Shown in pieces: positions 59,185 through 64,000 of a DNA stretch of 64,000 bases. The position numbers were made by a program, and so were the translations under genes. Below the pieces are notes generated by a model, which had not been told where the DNA came from, ran no database searches, and worked only from the letters and a program-made list of their open reading frames with translations. Position 1 is the first letter of the stretch. Every line of letters starts with the position of its first letter. The stretch is from Tetramitus jugosus (lineage: Eukaryota > Protista > Heterolobosea): contig OW569369.1 of the NCBI GenBank assembly GCA_937625935.1, forward strand, positions 248,001-312,000, read 5' to 3'.

Positions 59185-60660
59185 TCAATATTCGGACAGT
59201 TTGAATGTCATGGTGTAGTTGTATCCAATTTTCAATTCTAGAGGAATCTCAACTACAAGAGAATCTAATTCGAAGTGGAAGGGTAATGGTTTGTCAATGG
59301 ACAAGAGTTTGACAGTCTTGAGTCTGAAAGGCATGTCTCCCAACATGGTAGGAGATACGAACGCCATATACACTTTGCTTGGAGGACTCATCTTTTCATG
59401 AAGCATCATGAACGAATACACGTCTCTGTTTCGTTTGGTAAGATAGAACTGATAACTCAATTTTTCACTCATGGTTGACTGGAACTTGTAGGGATACATG
59501 GGTTCACTGTCATGAATACCTTCACCATTGAACTTCATCCACTTTGCAAACTCTTGTAATCTGTTCATGGCATCCTTTGGTAACTGACCACGAGAATCTG
59601 GACCAATATCAAGCAACAGATTACCTCCAGTAGAAACAACTGACAGAAGAAGTTCAATCAGAGAAGGCATCGATTTGTACACGTCATTCTTTTTGTAGCC
59701 CCACTGAGTCGCCATCGTCATACAGACTTCCCATGGCTTATTGAATGGAGCTCTAGGAATACCTCCTTGTTCTGGTGTCAAATAGTCCTCAAAGATTCCA
59801 CCTTCTCTATTCACAATGATCACATCGTCCTTGATGGCTCTGGACAATTGGGAGATTTCTGAGAAACTCATATCGTACATGGGAGGCTTCAACCAACCAC
59901 CATCAAACCACAAGATATCTGGCCTGTATTGCTTCATAATCTCAATAATTTGGTTCTGGGAGAAGTGAACAAAGCTGTCCCAGGTACTCTCCTTTTCAGT
60001 TGGTGCATAATTGCTGTACCGATTTGTTGCAAATGTGCTCGGTTCCCAGAAGTCTTCTCTGTGCCAGTCAGGTTTGCTGTAGTACGCTCCAGTACCGAAG
60101 CCCTTCTTCTTGAATGCACTCATCACTTCTCCAAAAGCGTCTCTTTGGAAGGGACAATCTCGACCCATTACACTATAACTATCCAACTTGGTGTTGAACA
60201 TGGAGAAGCCGTCATGATGCTTTGTGGTCATGACGACATATCGCATTCCGGCCTGCCATGCTGCCTCAGCCCAAATGTTCGGGTCAAACTTATCAGGGTT
60301 GAAAGTCTTACTGAGACCCCAGTAGAACTTTCTGAATGCAGCCATCTCTTCGTGAGTGCTTATATTTGGATTACTCCATCCCCTTGCATCCCACTCCATC
60401 GGCCAACTTGCTAAATCACCAGAATTGATATCGATTAGATCTGACAATTGGGAGTAAATCCCCCAATGTAAGAAGAGGCCAAACTTGTATGTTTGCCACT
60501 TCTGAACAGCCTTGGCAACCTTCTCGTCCGTTTGGTCATTCGAGGACAAGTCATTAAGCATGTCTCTGTTTCGAGCAGCCACAGAACTGGCGCTAAAGCT
60601 AAACAATAGTAAGAGAGCGGTCCCCAATAAGACAAGTAGATGATACAGCTGGAAATTCAT
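59185..60660 (-). CDS. Alpha-L-fucosidase, glycoside hydrolase family 29, secreted
   Basis: Signal peptide; KFGLFLHWGIYS, AGMRYVVMTTKHHDGF, DILWFDG (nucleophile), WEVCMT, GGNLLLDIGP. Confidence 0.93.
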   Translation of the reverse strand: MNFQLYHLLVLLGTALLLLFSFSASSVAARNRDMLNDLSSNDQTDEKVAKAVQKWQTYKFGLFLHWGIYSQLSDLIDINSGDLASWPMEWDARGWSNPNISTHEEMAAFRKFYWGLSKTFNPDKFDPNIWAEAAWQAGMRYVVMTTKHHDGFSMFNTKLDSYSVMGRDCPFQRDAFGEVMSAFKKKGFGTGAYYSKPDWHREDFWEPSTFATNRYSNYAPTEKESTWDSFVHFSQNQIIEIMKQYRPDILWFDGGWLKPPMYDMSFSEISQLSRAIKDDVIIVNREGGIFEDYLTPEQGGIPRAPFNKPWEVCMTMATQWGYKKNDVYKSMPSLIELLLSVVSTGGNLLLDIGPDSRGQLPKDAMNRLQEFAKWMKFNGEGIHDSEPMYPYKFQSTMSEKLSYQFYLTKRNRDVYSFMMLHEKMSPPSKVYMAFVSPTMLGDMPFRLKTVKLLSIDKPLPFHFELDSLVVEIPLELKIGYNYTMTFKLSEY

Positions 60661-60999
60661 ACGTTTTCTTGTTTATTACTGATGGGTCAACTCCAAAGTA
60701 TATCCAAAAAAATTGGATAGACACGAATCCTGGAATAGGATGTGGAGCAAAAAGGCGAAGAATTTAATTTAGATCGAATGGAACACTGGCGACATCATGT
60801 TTGTTTTACAAAGATTTTCACTTGTGGGAGCTGAGTGTCCTTTATCTGCGTGTGTATGATCGCCAAAGATGTGACTTCCATAGGTTTGAAGAATGACAAC
60901 GGCTAAATTTGAGCCTGAATCCAATACAACCGAAATGCGTTAAGCATCTTTCTTGGACCATCTACAAGAAACTAGCACTTCATTCAAACTTGTCGGCCA

Positions 61000-61220
61000 T
61001 CTATAATTGGTTGTCCTTCGAATACGTCAATCGGTCCTTTAAAGGAGTGTACTCACATTGCTTCAAGATCAGCCTCCTTGATAGCTTGTTCATACTGAAG
61101 ATTGAGGAGGGTTGCGGATAAGTTATAGTGCAACACATCTCTTGTATCACCCCTACAGTGCTGCTTCATTACAGCCAATATGAAAATGTATATTACCCAT
61201 CTCTTTGAGTACGCTTTGTT
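61000..61220 (-). pseudogene. Degenerate TPR-protein fragment
   Basis: LKEMGNIHFHIGCNEAAL* then, in another frame, HYNLSATLLNLQYEQAIKEAD. Both fit TPR consensus; stops and a frameshift interrupt them. Confidence 0.4.
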
Positions 61221-61452
61221 AATTTTTCTAACGGAACGAGTTGTAAACCGCTTGATTTATGGATCATGCTGGACTCCACCATTCATTCCTTTGCACTTCT
61301 CTCAAGTTTATTCAACTCCAAAGAAGGGTTAGAATTTTGCAAGGAATACAAGCTTGATATTCAATTCGTGACGTGGATTGAGGCTCCAACTACAGGTTGT
61401 TTTTCTTGATCTCATGATTCCCAGAAACATGAATGCTTGTTTGTAAGACATT

Positions 61453-62334
61453 TTATTCATGTTCTCCACCGTCAAACAAGTTCAAATGATCAATTTGTAG
61501 CCTGACTTCAGCACCATTCGTACCATCGATTCCAATCCAGCCTCTCTTGCTCATCTCTGTTCCATCGGCAAACCAATCGCTCTTCAGGTTCAATACAGTC
61601 GGTTCACCAACTAACTTGCACTCATTCGTGATCAACTTTTGAGCAAACAAACAAATGGTCAATTGATCTCTTCCTACTTCAAACGGATCATGAATCAAGA
61701 AGTGAAATTGTTCATTCCACTTTGGATTCGGTCTCGCTTTCGACTTTGTTATAGCAAAACAACAATTACTATTGTTATTATTGACGTTCGACAATGACGA
61801 CGAAGAAGCAGAAGCAGACGATGAGGAGACAAAATTGGATATCGTAGATGTCGTGTTGGCTGTCGCAGTCGAAATCGTCTGCACTGTTCCATCCACGAGA
61901 TCAGTAACCATTGTAGGTACCAACAGATTGGCAATTAATCGATGATTTTCAGTTGTTGTGGATGACAACTGACCATTCGTCGTCGATTCAATGAGCTTTA
62001 CATTTCCTCCAGTCATCATCATCATCATTGTGCTACCACCACCACCACTACTGCTGCTGGTGCTGCTAGTATTATTGTTGGTATTGTCAGTAGAGATTGT
62101 TCCCATTTGAATCCGAACAAAATAATCACAGTGACCCACGACATTGCCAATGAGACCACTGGCAGAAATTTCAGTGCCGGCCAAAGAGGAGGAAAAGGGA
62201 AGTAAATTTCGGCCTTCAATCACATTGATGAGAACAGATGCAGCTATTTTTCTCTTGTAACGACGAGGGATATTGTACAATGAAGCCGAGGAAGGTGTCA
62301 GTCTGTATGACTGGATGTGTTCTTCGAGTGACAT
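61453..62334 (-). CDS. C2-like domain protein with a large S/T/N-rich insertion
   Basis: LINVIEGRNL..CDYFVRIQMG [insert] TKSKARPNPKWNEQFHFLI..LTICLF. Confidence 0.7.
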   Translation of the reverse strand: MSLEEHIQSYRLTPSSASLYNIPRRYKRKIAASVLINVIEGRNLLPFSSSLAGTEISASGLIGNVVGHCDYFVRIQMGTISTDNTNNNTSSTSSSSGGGGSTMMMMMTGGNVKLIESTTNGQLSSTTTENHRLIANLLVPTMVTDLVDGTVQTISTATANTTSTISNFVSSSSASASSSSLSNVNNNNSNCCFAITKSKARPNPKWNEQFHFLIHDPFEVGRDQLTICLFAQKLITNECKLVGEPTVLNLKSDWFADGTEMSKRGWIGIDGTNGAEVRLQIDHLNLFDGGEHE

Positions 62335-62524
62335 GTTTGTTTTGGTTTTTTTGTTCTGACAGCCAAAACAAAACCAAAAAATCTCCGATGAGAATTCTTT
62401 TCGCTGTTGAAATCGAATTTCGAAACCAAGAACCGAAACCAAGCAACCCCAACAGCACGGAAGCTAGTACAAAAAATTGTGTATTTTTATAAATATAAGG
62501 AATTTATGTGAAATTTTGATATCT

Positions 62525-62596
62525 GGCCTAATAGCACAGCGGTAGTGCACCAGTCTTGTAAACTGGGGGTCCCGAGTTCGATTCTCGGTTGGGCCT
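62525..62596 (+). tRNA. tRNA-Thr (TGT)
   Basis: Acceptor GGCCTAA/TTGGGCC; D-stem GCAC/GTGC; anticodon arm CCAGT-CTTGTAA-ACTGG; T-arm CCGAG-TTCGATT-CTCGG. T4 follows at 62601. Confidence 0.94.
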
Positions 62597-62802
62597 CAGC
62601 TTTTGCTATTTTGCTCTGAGATTGATCCTATTCTTTCTCTTGGAAATTCCGAACCGTGAGAAAAAATTTGACATACAGCAACAACAAAAAAAAATCAGAG
62701 ATCTCAACAAACTCAAACAACCACAACAACCAACTTCCACTTTTCCCAAATTCCCCACCCACACTTTTCTACCCAAACAACAACAATAATTCATCATCAA
62801 TC

Positions 62803-64000
62803 ATGTTAATGAAAAAGGGTCTGCATGGCCTATGGGCAAGATCTCACCAAAAATCATCCTCACTGTTCACACAACACAATCATCAACAACATCCATCATC
62901 ATTGATGACCATGAAGAATGCTACAACTCTACAACAACAATCCCTGTTTTCCACTCATGTGATATACAGACAATCTCAACAACAACAACAAGAACAACAA
63001 CAACAACAACAGCCAGCACTCAGCATGACACCACCAAAGCTCATTGTACTTGTAGGACCACCCGTATGTATTTGAGATCTCAAAACACTGCAAAAAAAAA
63101 GTCTTCGTTGTATAGATAATAACACTAAAATTTTTCTTTTTTTTTTACATTTCTCTCATGAAATAAATTCATCATATATCATCATCGGATCAAAAAAAAA
63201 TATATGTGTCTGTGTTTGTGTTTGTGTGGTGAGTAGGCATCAGGAAAAGGAACACAAACTAGATTACTCGTCAATCGTCATCCATCTGAAATTAAGATTG
63301 TTTCTGCAGAGGACACATTGCGTGAGGCCGCAAAGAATGATCAAGAGTTGAGTGAATTGTTGAGAAAGGGTGAATTGGCACCCAATGAACTCACTGATCA
63401 ATTGCTTCAACAATGTATTATTCAACAATCAGCATCAACAACAACAAGTAGTAGCAGTAGCAGTAGTGGTAGTAGTGAAAAAAATGAAGCCAATGTCGAC
63501 AATAAGAATGAAAATGAGGAAAAGAGTGGTGATCAAAACAAGCGAGTCATCATATTGGAAGGCTATCCAAGAGATGTCGAACAGGCCAAGCGATTCCTGT
63601 CATGGTTCAGCGACAAGAAATTGAGTGTGAGAAAATCACACGTCTTCATTTTGCATCTGCTCAGTGACAGAGAGAACATTATGAAGAGACTACAGGGAAG
63701 ATTGATTCATGCCAACAGTGGACGTCCCTATCATGTGACATTTAATCCACCGCATGAGGAGATGAAGGATGATGTGACTGGTGAGGCGTTGATGAGAAGA
63801 GAGGACGATCAGGACAAGAATGCCATTTTGAAGCGATTGGCCCTCTACAGAGAAGAAACATTGCCCATGATTGATTTTTTGGCAGAGCACGAGTTTGATG
63901 TGACTGATATCGTACAGGGAGAAGACGATATTATGCAAGTGTCGGAACGTATTGAACAGATTTTGAGAGAGAAGGGCGTGTTGTCTCCTGGCAGTAGTTG
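62803..64000 (+). CDS. Adenylate kinase, probably mitochondrial; 3' end outside the window (intron 63064-63236)
   Basis: Spliced P-loop VGPP|ASGKGTQ, ILEGYPRDVEQA, LID RLQGRLIHANSGRPYHVTFNPP..DDVTGEALMRREDD. Confidence 0.9.

Overview
Gene-dense, AT-rich eukaryotic (protist) genomic DNA. It has short GT(ATGT)-AG introns, poly-Q/N/T tracts and many tight head-to-head gene pairs; it looks heterolobosean/amoeba-like, but the taxon is only an impression. About 27 protein genes are present: cystathionine gamma-lyase (3' end), SPRY-ankyrin, ZNFX1, FAXC/metaxin-like GST, TAF13, NUP155, TAF9, VPS16, HAUS6, COX15, an hSac2-domain protein, bL35m, a DUF4097-like protein, a giant Cys-repeat/TM/coiled-coil protein, F-box-LRR, an ABHD17-HACD fusion, two C2 proteins, KTI12, an LRR protein, Rab1, GT8, GH29, adenylate kinase and several unknowns. 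There are also two tRNAs (Val-AAC, Thr-TGT). The main discovery is at 450-3250, directly upstream of tRNA-Val: a stack of same-orientation non-LTR retroelements. It consists of an intact ORF1-only (RRM-RRM-coiled-coil) non-autonomous element with a poly(A) tail and 14-bp TSD, a 5'-truncated L1/Tx1-type ORF2 copy with a poly(A) tail and 16-bp TSD, and an older relic that served as the target for both. This points to a tRNA-gene-targeted retrotransposon family reminiscent of Dictyostelium TRE5, with a shared structured 3' end. Two other strong leads are a nucleophile-less ABHD17-like hydrolase fused to a very-long-chain 3-hydroxyacyl-CoA dehydratase, and a ZNFX1 carrying an N-terminal RIG-I/MDA5-CTD-like zinc domain plus a CCCH finger.
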